A stretch of 64,000 nt of DNA from Novakomyces olei (lineage: Eukaryota): contig JADEYG010000007.1 in the NCBI GenBank assembly GCA_016906335.1, positions 1,240,001 through 1,304,000 of the forward strand. The letters run 5' to 3'. The translations under genes were made by a program, and so were the position numbers. The notes below the pieces were generated by a model. It worked only from the letters and a program-made list of their open reading frames with translations, did not search any database and was not told where the DNA came from. Shown here piece after piece: positions 41,701 to 55,000 of this stretch (position 1 is the stretch's first letter; every line of letters begins with the position of its first letter).

Positions 41701-42299
41701 TTATCACTTTTACATAAATTTTGCTTGAACGGCTTGTCTCACTATTGACTACGTCAAACTTCACAGCTTAAACTTACAAAATAACCAAAAATATGTATTC
41801 TGTAAGGCTTGCCAAATACTTATAGTGGCAAGTCTGAGTTTATCAATTATGGCATCCTGGAATAAATACGAGGGTTAGGGTTTATAATATCGCTTTTGCA
41901 ACCTCTAATTGGAATTACAAAGTTTTGTCATGGCCTTTTAATAAATTCGCCCAAAAAAAAGATGGCTTCACCAGTTTCAAGATCCAACGACAATATCCAT
42001 GGCCCAAAACATGATACGCAAAATTTAAGGAGTGACGTATCCCATAAAAAGCCCTTCCTACTTGGTTCCAACTGTAAATTTTTTTTTGAAGCTAAATAGC
42101 TCAAGCGGATGGCGCGCTTGCAACGGATATGCCCCAAAATGGAACGCCATACTTTAAATTGAATCCGTTTTTGAACAGACGTTTTTCAAGGTCCCATAGT
42201 AGGCCAACAAATAAAACGCTAGACTTCCACAGTACAAGCCAAACGCGGTAGCCAGCCATATGCTGATCAGTGTATATACACATATCAAAAGCGCGCGTA

Positions 42300-43188
42300 C
42301 TAGACGCACTCACCTGCTTGGCCTTTGGCCATTAAAGTAACTCCCATATCTTTTACATGATAAAGCATTTCAAACTCCTCCTCCTCCACGCGATCAAATA
42401 CGGATTGACGCAAACAATATTCCAGATACTGCCCACCCCGTACCTTGCGAATAACACCAGTCACATCCCGTGCATGGAACGACTCCAATCCACGCAGCAT
42501 AATGACAAATGTTGACTGTTGCAAAAGGGTTTGGAGCGCAATTTCGACCGTACCATTGTTCAATAAAGCCTTGTCTGAGAAAACGGAGCACACAACACTA
42601 GAGACGAGCGACTTTTATTAGCACAAGAAAAAGTGACGAAAGTAAATACAATCTTGTTTAACAACCAGGCCCATGGGCCGGGATGTATCATTTCTGCAGC
42701 TACAAGAAAGTCGAGACCTTCAAATATGACAAGAGGCTGCTCAGAGCCGACTTCAGAGAGCAGTTTTGCAATGTTATTTGCAATAACTTTGGCAAAACCT
42801 GAATCATAACCACCTGACTTGGTAGAATGCTTTCCTAGCTCCACGCCAAGGTCATAGAAACGCATAGTATTCCGCTTAATAGCCCCTAAAATATCGACTC
42901 CCTAAACATCAGCTTGACTTACTCGCAAAAATTTCGTACCCATTTACGAGCTGCATTAGCAGTTTCAGCGAGGTTATTGATGCATGAGATATAAATCACT
43001 GGCCGGCTGTGCTCTTCGTTCGCCCTTGTTCCAATCGCTTGTTTTATAAAGTGCAGGAGCAGGAAATTGGGAGACGTTTCGAGCGTAGAGGAAACGGTCG
43101 TGATAGTGCCGCAGGGCGGCAATTGAGAGATTGTAAAGCTTCCGTTGGAAAAGTCGCCAAACTGCAATTTATCACCCAAATTGCTCAT
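42300..43188 (-). CDS. ELP6: Elongator subunit Elp6-like (at least 3 exons; 3' end uncertain)
   Basis: VSSTLETSPNFLLLHFI, LVIFEGLDFLVA, LRGLESFHARDVTGVIR and EMLYHVKD. Two GT-AG introns give an in-frame join. Confidence 0.72.
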
Positions 43189-43677
43189 ACTAACATATCG
43201 AGGAGCTATCAGGTTTCGCTCTGTCGCCAACCGCTATTATGACAAATTTATTGTCGCCTATTATGCGCTTGGATAAGCTCCAATGATACTACTAAGAATT
43301 ATACCAACAGACATTATAAACTAGAAATAGGCTAACAAAGTTGAAATAAAACAAATAAATAAATAAATAAAATAAAATAAAATAAATAAATAAATAAATA
43401 AATAAATAAAATAAATAAAATATTAAATAAATAAGTTTAATATAATTATAAAAAAATATTTTAATCTAGAATAGAATACGAAATGGAGTTTGATGATAAA
43501 GTTAAAACTAATGTCCCACGCAAGAAGTATAGGAAGCAAATATTAGTGTACCAGCTCAATGGTATGAAAATATAAATCAATGCCTCGATGAACGCTAAAC
43601 GCCTACTCTTGTCTTACGCAGGTGATACAAAATTTTTATTAAGCATAAACTACCTCAATATCGGCAAGGACAAGCAG

Positions 43678-45906
43678 CTAACTTCGCCGTTTAAATTTTG
43701 CAACTAGCTTATCAACCCCATTCAGTGCCTTATCTGATTCCATTGATGAATCTTTACGGGATCGCTTTGCATTTTCGTCTCCCACATCTAGCTCTCTCCG
43801 TGATCGTTTCGTCTTTTCCTTCAGCAGCTTATCCATTGCTTGTGTACGCTTAAACTGAGGATTTGTGGGATCAATAGCAAAATGATGTGATTCATACATG
43901 GCAGAAAATCGAGGATCATTCACATCTATATCAAATCCCTTCTGCACTCCCTCATCATCGCCAGTGCTATTAACATTATCGTCTTCCTTGCCTCTCCGAT
44001 TTGCCTTTCTTCGCTTCTTGTTCTTTTCAGCTTTAAGGATTTTCTTCATGTCAAAATGACTTTGGATCTGAACACCGTCAGTGGCTTTTGCTCCAGATTC
44101 AGGCATGTCTTCCATCATGACAAGCTCTAATTCTGCTCGTCGTCTGGCTGCCTCTTCCGCTTCCTCTGCAGACTGTTGTGTACCCTTCTTCTTTTCCTTC
44201 TTCTTCCGCCTGTCTTCTGCTGCCTTACTTAAAGCCGGGCCTTCCTCAAAAAAGGGATCCTGGAAACCAAGATCTGGAGCCGAAGTTTCTGTAGACAGTT
44301 TGCTCTCTAATCGCTCACGCAGCTGCTGCTTCCGGCGCTCTTTGCGCTCGCGCTCCTTGCGCTTGTATTTTTCTAGAGTAGATTCTTCTTTAGCTTCCTC
44401 GTTTTCATCATCGCCATTTCGCTCGTCCAGACCGGGAGTAAAAGTAATTTGTACGTTTCCTTGTCGTGTTTTCCGTTCGTCCGCAAAAGGATTATTCGTT
44501 TCGCTATATTCTTGTCCCAGTAAAAGATTTCTATAAGACATTCGACGGTTTTCTAAAACCTTTTCATCGTCGTCTTGCTCACTATCGCTAGAAGCAACAT
44601 AGGCACGAACATCCATATCGTCGAGCTCGTCAGCAGTAAATTGCCGTCGAATTACTCGTTTTCTAACAGGATCATCCGCATCCCAAGTAAGCTTGACTTT
44701 AGAGTGCTGCAAAACATCGGTAGCAAAGTCATTAGGCTCATAGGACTGTGGTAGTTTTGTACAAATCTCCCGTGGCTCGTCTTGATCAAAGTCTACTTCG
44801 TCAGGTACGAACCTTAGATCAAAAAAATTAGCGGAATATTCGTACTCTGTTCCGTCACACGCCTCGTAAACTGAACGTGCACCTTTCACACTATCAAAAA
44901 CGGCAACGGCATAAAAGTATCGTAACCTTTCGAGCTGGTACTTTCGTAATTTTGCCATATCAAAGTCTTGCTCATTCTGTTCCTGTAGAATGCTTTGCTT
45001 GGCCGCTTCAGCCCTGAGTTTTTCATCGTTATCAGAACGAGCGCTCGAATCAGAATCCGTTCCGCTCTCCTCCTCATCATAGTCGTCAGGGTTTTCATTG
45101 TAAACTTTGGAGGATGTGAAAACTTCTCGTGGAGGACCCTCGAGTGATTCACGAGCCATACGCTCTTTCCCGAAGCCACTTGGGTACACGGCGACACTGA
45201 TCAAATTGCCTTGTGGAGGAGTAAAGGAAGAAAGGACCACAAACAAATCCTGTGCTTTAATATGATCCCAATCCAAATTAACGAGAGCAATGCGCCGTGT
45301 ATATTCGCCATGTGGTGCCGCAGCATCACCAGCAGGATCAACTAGTTCTCGCGCTTCGACGTCAGACCCTAAATGCTCTTCGTCTTCTTCAGAATCGCTC
45401 TCTGACTCCTCTGAAGAAGTGTCAACTAGACCTTCGCCTCTTGCAGGATCAAGCCGTCTGCCTGATGTAGCCTCGTCGCTTATCCCTGCATCGCTACTTT
45501 CTTCATCACTGGCTATAATTGAATCGCCATCTTTACTTTTATCATCACTTTTTTCACTCTCTTCGTCTTTTTTTTCTTCTTGATTGTCGCTTGGTTGAGC
45601 TTCTAATTCATAAAGCTTTTCGATTTCAGAGCGCCCATCACCATGCTTTTTCGTTTTACGGCCGTACTTGTCCACTCGCGCTAGAGCATTAGGTTTCGAG
45701 TCTTTTAAAATTATACTAGTTTATCTAGTTCAAATAATTTCGTTCTTTTGTGTTCTTGCGTACGCCAGTTCCGACTTACCTCTATTTGAAAATTCATTGC
45801 TAGCAAGAACATCTTTAAACCTTGCATCTATCGGAACCTTGTTTTGCTGCTTGCGCGGCCTCCGAAACCGAGCATCGCGCTGAAGTTGCGCAAACCGTTC
45901 GTCCAT
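43678..45906 (-). CDS. ESF1: Pre-rRNA processing factor Esf1 (2 exons)
   Basis: MDERFAQLQRDARFRRP, RRIALVNLDWDHIKAQDL, LRKYQLERLRYFYAV and the NUC153-like DPRFSAMYESHHFAIDPTNP. Confidence 0.95.
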
Positions 45907-46050
45907 ACTGGCTAGGCTACAGAATCTTTTTTCCCCAATTTTATTCTGCAGTCTGATATTATTCGCTAGATAAGAAATATAGACGAAATCTGCTAATATT
46001 ATTTCGATTTTTCTGACCATCCCACAAGGCAGCATCTTTACACCACATAT

Positions 46051-46078
46051 TTAGGGTTAACTAGGGTTAACTAGGGTT
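46051..46078. promoter_or_regulatory. (TAGGGTTAAC)-type element x3 in the ESF1/hydrolase divergent promoter
   Basis: TTAGGGTTAACTAGGGTTAACTAGGGTT, with 10-bp periodicity. Confidence 0.55.
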
Positions 46079-46247
46079 TCAAGATATCTATACAATATAC
46101 AAATTATATTGCAGTTTATTTAATTAAATTAAAATTAAATTAAATTAAATTAAATTATTTTTTTTATTGTACTTTTGCACTCTATACTGCGATTAAAACG
46201 CGCAAAGATTACACCATACTCCATGCGACAAAGAGCCTGGATTCAGT

Positions 46248-47005
46248 ATGAAGCTCAGCGTGGAAGAGTACCTTCCACGCGGCTTTAATCCAGAAAGCTC
46301 TCACGAATTAGCTATAATAGCTCATCCGTGGGCCGCTCTCGGCGGATCCAAGGAAGATCGTATCGTCGTCGCTTTAGCACGGCAATTGTGCAAACTGGGC
46401 ATTAAAGCAGTAACGTTTGACCAACAGTAATAGCGCGTCGCTCGCATTTCATACATACTTATGCGTTAGAAAACATACCTGGCCAATGACGGGCCGCAGC
46501 GAAGTTGGCGATATGAACACGGTGCTACAAAACGCGTTAAACCCTAATGTAACTGCCGTTTACTTGTGTGTAAGACTCGAGCTGTTTATGTCGTTTAATC
46601 GCAATTTGGTTTCCCGGACAACCAGGCTGATGGAGCCAGGGCTATTCGTACGGAGGACTGGTGGCCGCTGCAATCCCACCTGTCGGGCCAAGTACGCGCT
46701 ATATCCTCATTTCGCCTGTTATCCCACCGCTATCGTGGGCCATGACGTGTGGGCGGATCGCGGCACCGTTCAGCTGGGCACAAGACTCGAATTTGCCTAC
46801 AGCCGTCCTCTTCATCTATGGCGACAATGATGCATTTGTATCAGCATCGCGCTATTCGTCTTTTTGCACGAGCAGTGTGGCACCAAAAGTGGGGGGCCGT
46901 TTAAAAGTTGAGCAGGTAGCGGAAGGGTCGCATTTTTACGAGACAAAAGTAGCGCTGGGCAGGGTTTTGGAAGCAGTGGAGCATTGGATCAGGGAGGGAT
47001 TTTGA
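46248..47005 (+). CDS. Small alpha/beta-hydrolase fold protein (3 exons)
   Basis: IIAHPWAALGGS, spliced nucleophile elbow LC|GYSYGG, LFIYGDNDAF and GSHFY. Confidence 0.8.
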
Positions 47006-47346
47006 GATTGGCTATTTGTTTGCTATAATGCTCAAAAAATTTCTTTTATTATCAGGAGTTGGGATTCATACTTTTTAAGGTGATGCATTTCTTTAAACAA
47101 GTATACTCGTAGAGAGCTGCAAGGCTGAACTTTATCCACAGCAACCAGTAATTGGTTGCGCTGCTCCATCACAACAGGTTCGTCACGCCTGTGATACTTT
47201 AAATCATGAGCAGTTTAAGCATCATTTACAAATTTGGATTTGTGTATACTTTTGTCCAACACTTTTATTCCTAAAGACTGTAGATTGCCACTTGGGCTTG
47301 CAACCATCCCTTCCGCTCACTATCTAAAATAAACCAAAAAACACCA

Positions 47347-48402
47347 TCATTGAAGCGACATTTTTACAAAACCGTCATGGGTATCCTGGACTTGGAACAT
47401 ATTCGTCTTGGTCGAGCTTGACGTTGACGCCGGCGGAGAGCCAAACAGAGGCGGAGACATTGCTCTCCGCTTATAAGGCGTGAAGCGTTCATCTAATCCA
47501 GACGATTTTCGCTTTGCAGCTCGTGCAGAGTAGGCCATTGGGCTTAGACTCGTGTCCGACTGAGGTATTAGCAACGGCAATTGTAGGTGAAAGCAGTTTC
47601 GATCCAGTAGCAATACTGCAATAGACACACAAATACATGTCTAAAAAAAAAATCACGCAATGCTACTAAATCAAAACAGCAAAACAGCAAAACAGTAAAA
47701 TCATAAAGACCATAAATTCACCTCATCACCAGGCCGGTGCCGGCCCCAAGGGGAAGGCACTTCTGTCTCGCTTTCTCTATCGCCAAACAACCCTTCACGT
47801 GTCCGTGTCTCCTCCACAAAACTCAATGAATCATCGTCGCCCGTATCGTCGCCGACAGCGTCTCCGATAGCGTCGCCCACTGTATCTGGAGTATCACGGA
47901 ACATTGCACTCAAGATTGCTTCCCTTCGCTCTTCTGTTTCCACGGGGAAAGCTTCATCTCGCAGCTCACGCAATATACGCTGAAACGTGCGTGGCAAAGG
48001 CGACTCTGCCGCCTTTTTACCCGTTACTAAAGATCTGCGAGAGATCAAGAGCGGACTGGCTTCTGATCTCCGCTTCAGCTCTTCTTCCGTCCTGTTCGCT
48101 TCTTCCCCAATCTCATTCGTCAGCTCGTCTGAAGAGTCGCCGTCCTCAGCCGCCGTTAGTTCGGGCTCCATTGACGGCCGACGAGCCAATGGCGACGCGT
48201 CAAACGACTCGTCGGTCAAAGGTTCAGCCGGACCGAAGCTTTGATGCAAAGCGGAACAGCGTAAAGAGCGCTGCCAGGGCATACAAGGCTCAGTGCGTAA
48301 ACTCTCACGCCCATTCACATCGGAAGTGTGTGAGGCCGTGCTGTTGTCAAAGGGGGTACCATTGCGCCACCGCCATGGCAGCATTTTGGCGCCTTGAGGC
48401 AT
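47347..48402 (-). CDS. Uncharacterised protein (2 exons; start uncertain)
   Basis: Two ORFs joined in frame by a GTGAAT...CTAAT...CAG intron. C-terminus reads KRRAMSPP...QDTHDGFVKMSLQ. Confidence 0.65.
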
Positions 48403-48431
48403 TACATTGATCGGAAACGGGAGCCAGTTAA

Positions 48432-49961
48432 ATGGTTAGTATAGGTTTTGTGGGTACTAACTATAGTCTATTTTAAAAGATAAAGGTGAATGAATAAATG
48501 AATAAATGAATAAATGAATAAATGAATAAATGAATAAATGAATAAATGAATAAATGAATAAATGAATAAATGAATAAATGAATAAATGAATAAATGAATA
48601 AATGAATAAATGAATAAATGAATAAATGAATAAATGAATAAATGAAAAATGAATTAATCGTCTTGAATGTTGATCCCCATTGATCCACGTTATGCAGCCG
48701 TTCAACAAGTACTATCCGCCCGACTACGACGGCAAACGTACGGCCAATCAGCTAGCCGGAACACACGCTTTAGGCCATCGTGCGAAAAAGATTAACCAAG
48801 GGTATGCTTGTACACTTGGGTCGCGTTAACATAAATGTAGCATTTTGACAGTACGCCACTTCCAATCACGTTTGCGTCTTTCATGAGCGGGATACTGGAT
48901 ATTGCTACCATTCCTGCCATTTGGTCTTTAGATTTTACCTTCTTTTATTCTCGTTATTTGCTTGTTCATCTTGGTATCTGTTGACTAAACGGTACCAGGT
49001 TCGGTTTGAACTGCCTTTTAATATCTGGTGTGGTGGATGCCAAAAGCATATCGGCCAGGGTAAGCTTTCGTTCGTATTACCCAATCTAAGACTTAAGGCG
49101 TTCGCTACAATGCGGAAAAGAAAAAAATTGGCATGTACTACAGCTCTCCAATATGGTGTTTTCGGTTCAAATGCCATTTATGTTCAAGCTGGATTGAAAT
49201 CCATACCGACCCAAAGGTATCTACTCTCCTCGGTACTGTTGCTCCGAGTCTGACATTTCAAATAGAACACACGGTATGTGGTGGCTTCTGGAGCGCGACA
49301 AAAAGTAGAAGACTGGGAGCCATCAGCGAATGATCAAGTCATTTCCCTTACTGATCCGGCCGAGCAAGAGCGCCTACGTCAAGACGCGTTTTACAAACTA
49401 GAGCAGGACGATATCAAAAGACGCGGACAGCAGTCTGCGTCAGGGCTTATAGACGATCTATATGAAAAATCACAACGGCAATGGGCCGACCCGTATACAA
49501 TGTCGCAAAAGTTGCGAAAGACTTTTCGCACGGAAAAGAAGGAGATTGCCGAAGAAAGATCGGCAGCGGAGGCGATAAGACAGAAAAACGGACTGGAGAT
49601 GGAGCTTGTTAAGGAGACTTCGCAGGATGCAGCACGATCGAAGCTGGTAGATTTTGATACTTTGGCAGATAAGAGAGCAAGGGCCCGCCTCCATAATGCC
49701 CGACATGGACCAGTCTTTGGAAAAGCGCGTGGAGACAAAAAGACACTGCAACGACCTTCTTCAAAGAGTCACGGATTCTTTCCGTCTTTTAACCAAAAAT
49801 CTTCTCCAATTGAACAAAAATTTGGCTCTTCGAATCGTGCTCCGGTTCGAACCATTAACGCCAGGCCGGAAGAGCTTGTTGCTGGCGATTCTACATCTGT
49901 TTCGGAGAAAAGGGCGCCATGTCTTGTCTCTAATTATGGATCAGAAGGCGAAGAAGGATGA
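48432..49961 (+). CDS. Splicing factor CCDC130/Yju2B/Saf4 (Cwc16 family), 6 exons
   Basis: [12 protein letters not shown]...[30 protein letters not shown]...[10 protein letters not shown]...[19 protein letters not shown]. Confidence 0.9.
48488..48644 (+). repeat. (GAATAAAT)n octamer repeat in intron 1 of the CCDC130-like gene
   Basis: About 19 units between the GTTAGT donor (48435) and the CAG acceptor (48697). Confidence 0.93.
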
Positions 49962-50075
49962 CCCCCGAACCGGATTTGTACATTTACGTTATACTCAAAG
50001 AAGGGATAAGGCCAAGGAAAAGTATACTACAATTAATTTTCTATAACAAAACAGTTTGCGATGACAGTGGTATCA

Positions 50076-51648
50076 TTATCCAAAAATTTTGAAGTCTGCA
50101 TCTTGAGCCATATCGGCTTCTTGTGCAAGTGACTCCGCCACTTTGGCCTCCCTTGGACCTGGCCTTGAAGCTCCAAATAGCGATCCAAATAGCTCATCGA
50201 CATGCTCTTCGTTCCATGTTCCGAAGGGCTGAGGGGCCATAAACTGGAGAGGATTAGTACAAAGAATATATACAAAGCTGCTGGTTTTTTTTTAAGAGAA
50301 TCTTACATTTTGAAGCTTTTCGTGCACGTGGTAACGAAGCTTACGGCCTTTGGACGCTTTAGTGTCCACGTTTTCCCGGTGCTTTTTTTGCTTGTTGGAC
50401 GCCTGCCACCTCACTACTCTGGACGAGTCATTGCCGCCAGCAGAATCAACCATCCGTGAGTCAATAAGTTCTCTCAGTAAGGTGGAATAAAAATCATTAT
50501 CATCAAAAATGCTTTCATCAAATTCTTCTTCCTCTACTGAACCAGCCTCCGTTTTATCCGCTGCCCCATGCTTTGGTGCCCTGTTAATATGAATTCGGTG
50601 CATTAATTGCGGCCTTTCGGCCTCGTATATTTGCTTAATTTGAGCGACGGGGTCGCGAACGGCAACATTCTTGAACTTTGTCGATTGCAATAAGCCAGAG
50701 GCCATGTTTAGTCGTGAAGACCATTTGTGAAACACGGAATCGACACCAGCACGTGACTCCAAGTTTTGCTGTTGAACGTGTTCCCACACATTGCTTGGGT
50801 CGGTGGTGGAATCCAGTTTTTGTCGCTTCCGTCGAGGCTGCTCTCTATCGTCAAACGTGTCAACAAGGCGACCCCGTAAATCGGATAATCGCCCAATTAA
50901 TCCAACAATATCCGCCAGAGTTTCGGGATCATTGGTCTCCCTGTCCACTGCATTCACTGCGTTTAAAGCCTTTTGTAGAGTAATTCGCATGCTCAATAGT
51001 TTTTCATACACCTGGTTTTGCAGTGCAACACCCACACCTCGCTCAGCGTCAGAAACTACGGGTCCTTGGGCTTGGGCGTACACGCTTTCAGCTTCCCTGT
51101 CCTTTTCCAAGAGTTTTAATAACGCTGAGCGGGATTCATCCACTGTCTCGTTTGTGTCCAGTTCAGAATCGTCGCTAGAGCCTTGAACAAAGCTTGCGAC
51201 CGACGAGCCGTCGTCAGACTCACCTGCCGACGACCTAAGCTCGTTTTCGCTAGAAACAGAGCCGAGAGAAGGTGTCGCCTGATCAGAGTCTTGTAAATCG
51301 CCGTCATTATACAGTTCCTGCCGTGTAACTTTGCGACCGGCACCGCCTTTTTCACGCAGTAATTCATCCAGAATGGCAGTGCTCTCTTCCCGGTCTGCTT
51401 TCTCACGTAGCTTGCTCCGTCTATTGCATTAAAAATCAATAAAAATAAAGCAAAACTTACTCTACCTGTACATAATGCTGCCTGGCCAATCCCTCATCGG
51501 ACTCGTCTCCGCTCGCTGCCTCCTCATCGTCTGATCTCTGCTCAAAATCGTCGTCTTCCGGATCGATTTCCTTCGAGGGACGCGGATTCAGCATTTCAGC
51601 AAGAAGATCATTTCGCGTTCGGCGCGAGTGCTTTTTACTTGTGCTCAT
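50076..51648 (-). CDS. BFR2: Bfr2/AATF ribosome biogenesis factor (3 exons)
   Basis: IFDDNDFYSTLLRELID and VDTKASKGRKLRYHVHEKLQN|FMAP...DELFGSLFG. Confidence 0.95.
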
Positions 51649-51877
51649 ATCGCCTCGTTGTCCTGTGAGCTGGAAGCACCAAAAGATTTTATAGACTGGC
51701 TTTATTCACCATAATTAATATATTTACGTGCGCGATAAGCAAATGACTTTTTTTTTCTATATAAAAATTATTTTGATTATTTGATGAGAAAATAAACAAG
51801 AAATTAGGAGAACAAAAAATTAGAAAAAAAAAAAATAAAAAAAATAAAAAAAAAATAAAAAAAATAAAAATAATAAA

Positions 51878-51998
<121 letters not shown>

Positions 51999-52031
51999 TA
52001 AAAAAAAAATAATTTCTGAATAATTGTTCGC

Positions 52032-55000
52032 ATGCGACGGCAATGCTACTCGGGTCCAGTTTTGGCGATTGCGTGTACAGGCAATCAAGTGCTATGGACA
52101 CAAGGCGATTCACTGATTGTGAGTGACAGCAATGGCCGTTCTAGCCATAGAATTTTACGAGATGGCAAGATACACGGTATTCGCGACACGGGTCCGACTG
52201 TGCTAGTGTGGGGCGCAAAGAAGCTAGTACAGCTCTGTAAGGAGACGTGGAAGCCAACGGTGACGATAGAGGCGTTGGATTGGATCTATGATGCAATTGT
52301 TTTGCGTAATAATGACATTGCTGCTGTAACTGCTCATAATAAACTCTTTTTTTTCTCGGGAGACAGTGGTGCGTGCATTCGTGTCTGTGCCGGCCAGGAA
52401 CAGCCTCTTCTTTATTCTGCAAGCCTTTACGTCTGTGAAAAAAGCATTACAGTCGCTGCTGGAGACGTGTACAACGAAATCTTACTCTGGTCTTGCCAAT
52501 ATGATGCAGACTGTGGCGGGCAAATTGATCTTCAGGGGGCCTGCAAGCTCTTGGGTCACGAGGGAATACCCTTTGATCTCTGCTTTTCCAGTGACGGGAA
52601 ATACCTGGCTAGTACTTCTGACGATCGATCCGTCAAGCTCTGGAGCGTTGGAGATGCTGGAAAGCGGCTCTTAGCCACAGGTTGGGGTCATGGTGCTCGG
52701 GTATGGCGGTGCAGGCTCTTTGGTGCCAGGATCGCTACCTGCTCGGAAGATTCTACAGTTAGAATTTGGGAGTATTGTGCGGGTACTAGTGAGGATTTAC
52801 AGCAAAGGCTAACTTGCACTCGTGTGTTTAGCGTTCATGAAGGCCGTAGTATTTGGTCGATCGCTGTATCGCTAGATGAAAGGACAATTTTCTCTGGTGG
52901 TAACGATGGCAAAGTAGTACTTGAGGCCTTGGATTACGATAGCAATCGTGATACTTTGTGTTGCGAAACAAGTTTGAGTGAAGCAGCTAATAAGTTTTGC
53001 GACTTGACTGTAACAAAATCTCAATTTGCAATAATTGAGGCGGCAGATACAAAATACGTTTTTGCCGCTCAATCAAAGTGAGTGGAAAAGATAATAATAG
53101 TAACAAGAGAAATACAAACACAAATAAAAAGCATATAAATAAATCATGAAATTAGGTGAAGCATTTCATCTACCACGGTGCTCCTCTTTACTAATGTCAA
53201 TCAAAGTATATGTTTTCTCTATGATGCGATCACGAAATTGTGGACTGATAGTGTCTGTGTCAAGTCTTGCGGCGATTTGCTGCTATCATCGTCATGGCCA
53301 GGCTCCCGTATCTGTGCTTTTGCCTCTAAGCGAGGGACTGTTGCGGTGCTACGTGCAACTCAGGTACGACCTTGCATGTCAGCTTCACTGTTTTCTTGAT
53401 ATTTTTTAATATATTTTTCTATTTTTGATTGATTATCTGTTTTTCTAATGATTAGTAACTTATTTACATTTGATGTAATTGTTCTTCATCATAATTTATT
53501 TTTGTTTTTTTCGATAGGCTTGCTAAATTTCTAGTCTGGTCTTCTGAGCATACTTTTCCAAGTCGAAACAAAGCATGCAGTTTCCGACATTTATTCTGTA
53601 CAGACGAGAAATGACATTTTTTTCCTGTTTATCAAGCGCGTTGCTGGTTCCGAGTGCACTCTAAATTTGATTTGCTTTAAAATGACATCAGACACAGAAG
53701 CTTCAGTACAGGAGCCGGCTAACGTTCCGCTATATCCGAGCTTTGAGCCACGATCGTTTGCGTGTTTGCGATCTACCAATAATATCATTATGGGATCTCG
53801 TAAAGGCGCTTTGGCTGTGTATGACATAGTGGAGGGCATTAAAGTCGAGCCGAGGACGTTACTCCGAAGAGCTCATGATAGAGACGATGCGATTTGCACT
53901 ATAGAAGTATACGACGGTGATGAATATTCGCCAGAACCTTACATTATAACTGGAAACCGATTCGGTTCCATAATGTGGTGGTCTTTGAAAAACCAAGAAT
54001 TGAAGGCCTGTAATTTCCAAATGTTTACAAAGAGTTCACATTCGGCAAAGGTATGCACAAAAATTAATTGTACAATTCTGATATCCGCTATTTGCTTATC
54101 GATAAATTCATTTGGCCAGTTTGGTTTGCTTTAATACTTCGAAATTGCTTATGCCATAGGTTTATTTTCGAGCGCATCATCTTTATGGTATTGGCTTCGT
54201 GAACGACCATCTCTGTCTCCACAACCTTGAAACCGATAGCGAGCTTGCGCAAATTGCATGCGGTGGACCAAATAGACGCTGGACCGTTTGCATGGATTTG
54301 GGCGGGAAAGCTTTGCTATTCACCTATCTCAGATTTGACAAGGTACAGAAGAAAAAAAGAATGAGGAAATAAAAAATGTAAAATTGAATAAAAAAAGAAA
54401 TATAAAATAATAAATAATTAAAGTTGAAAATTAAAAAACGGGAGAAAAAATAGCACCAAATAAACAAAAAACAAGAAAACTAACAGTTTTTAGATGTTTG
54501 TACACATAATTGATATTGATGTAGCCAGTAAGAATTTGCAAGTTTTACAGGACGGCCGCCACGGTCGTGAAATTCGGGCTATTGCGAATTTCCCTTCATT
54601 GGACGGGGCAATTTATGCTTGCGCCGGCGAGGATACAAGAACAAGGATATGCCAATGTACGGACTAGTATTTCAAGCTTCTTATTAGTTCTTTTTACTTT
54701 GTTCTAGCTAATTTGTTCTAGACGACACAAAAACACGGAAAATTATAAACTTGGGAAAGAGCAAGTTTCATGACAGCTCGCCTCACCAGCTGCTTTTCAG
54801 TGACGATGGCAATTATCTGTTTTCCTCATCGGCCAAAGAAGAGTTTGTGGTTCAACGCGCAATCCAACTAGGGTCAAGTAGCAATAACATGCGTTTCGGT
54901 CTTGTCAAAGTTGCTGCTGCTCCATTAGTTAGCGAGATGCCTGATTTGCGAATCACCGGTTTCACCGTGGAGAAAGGAAATAAAGATTTATTCTACATTT

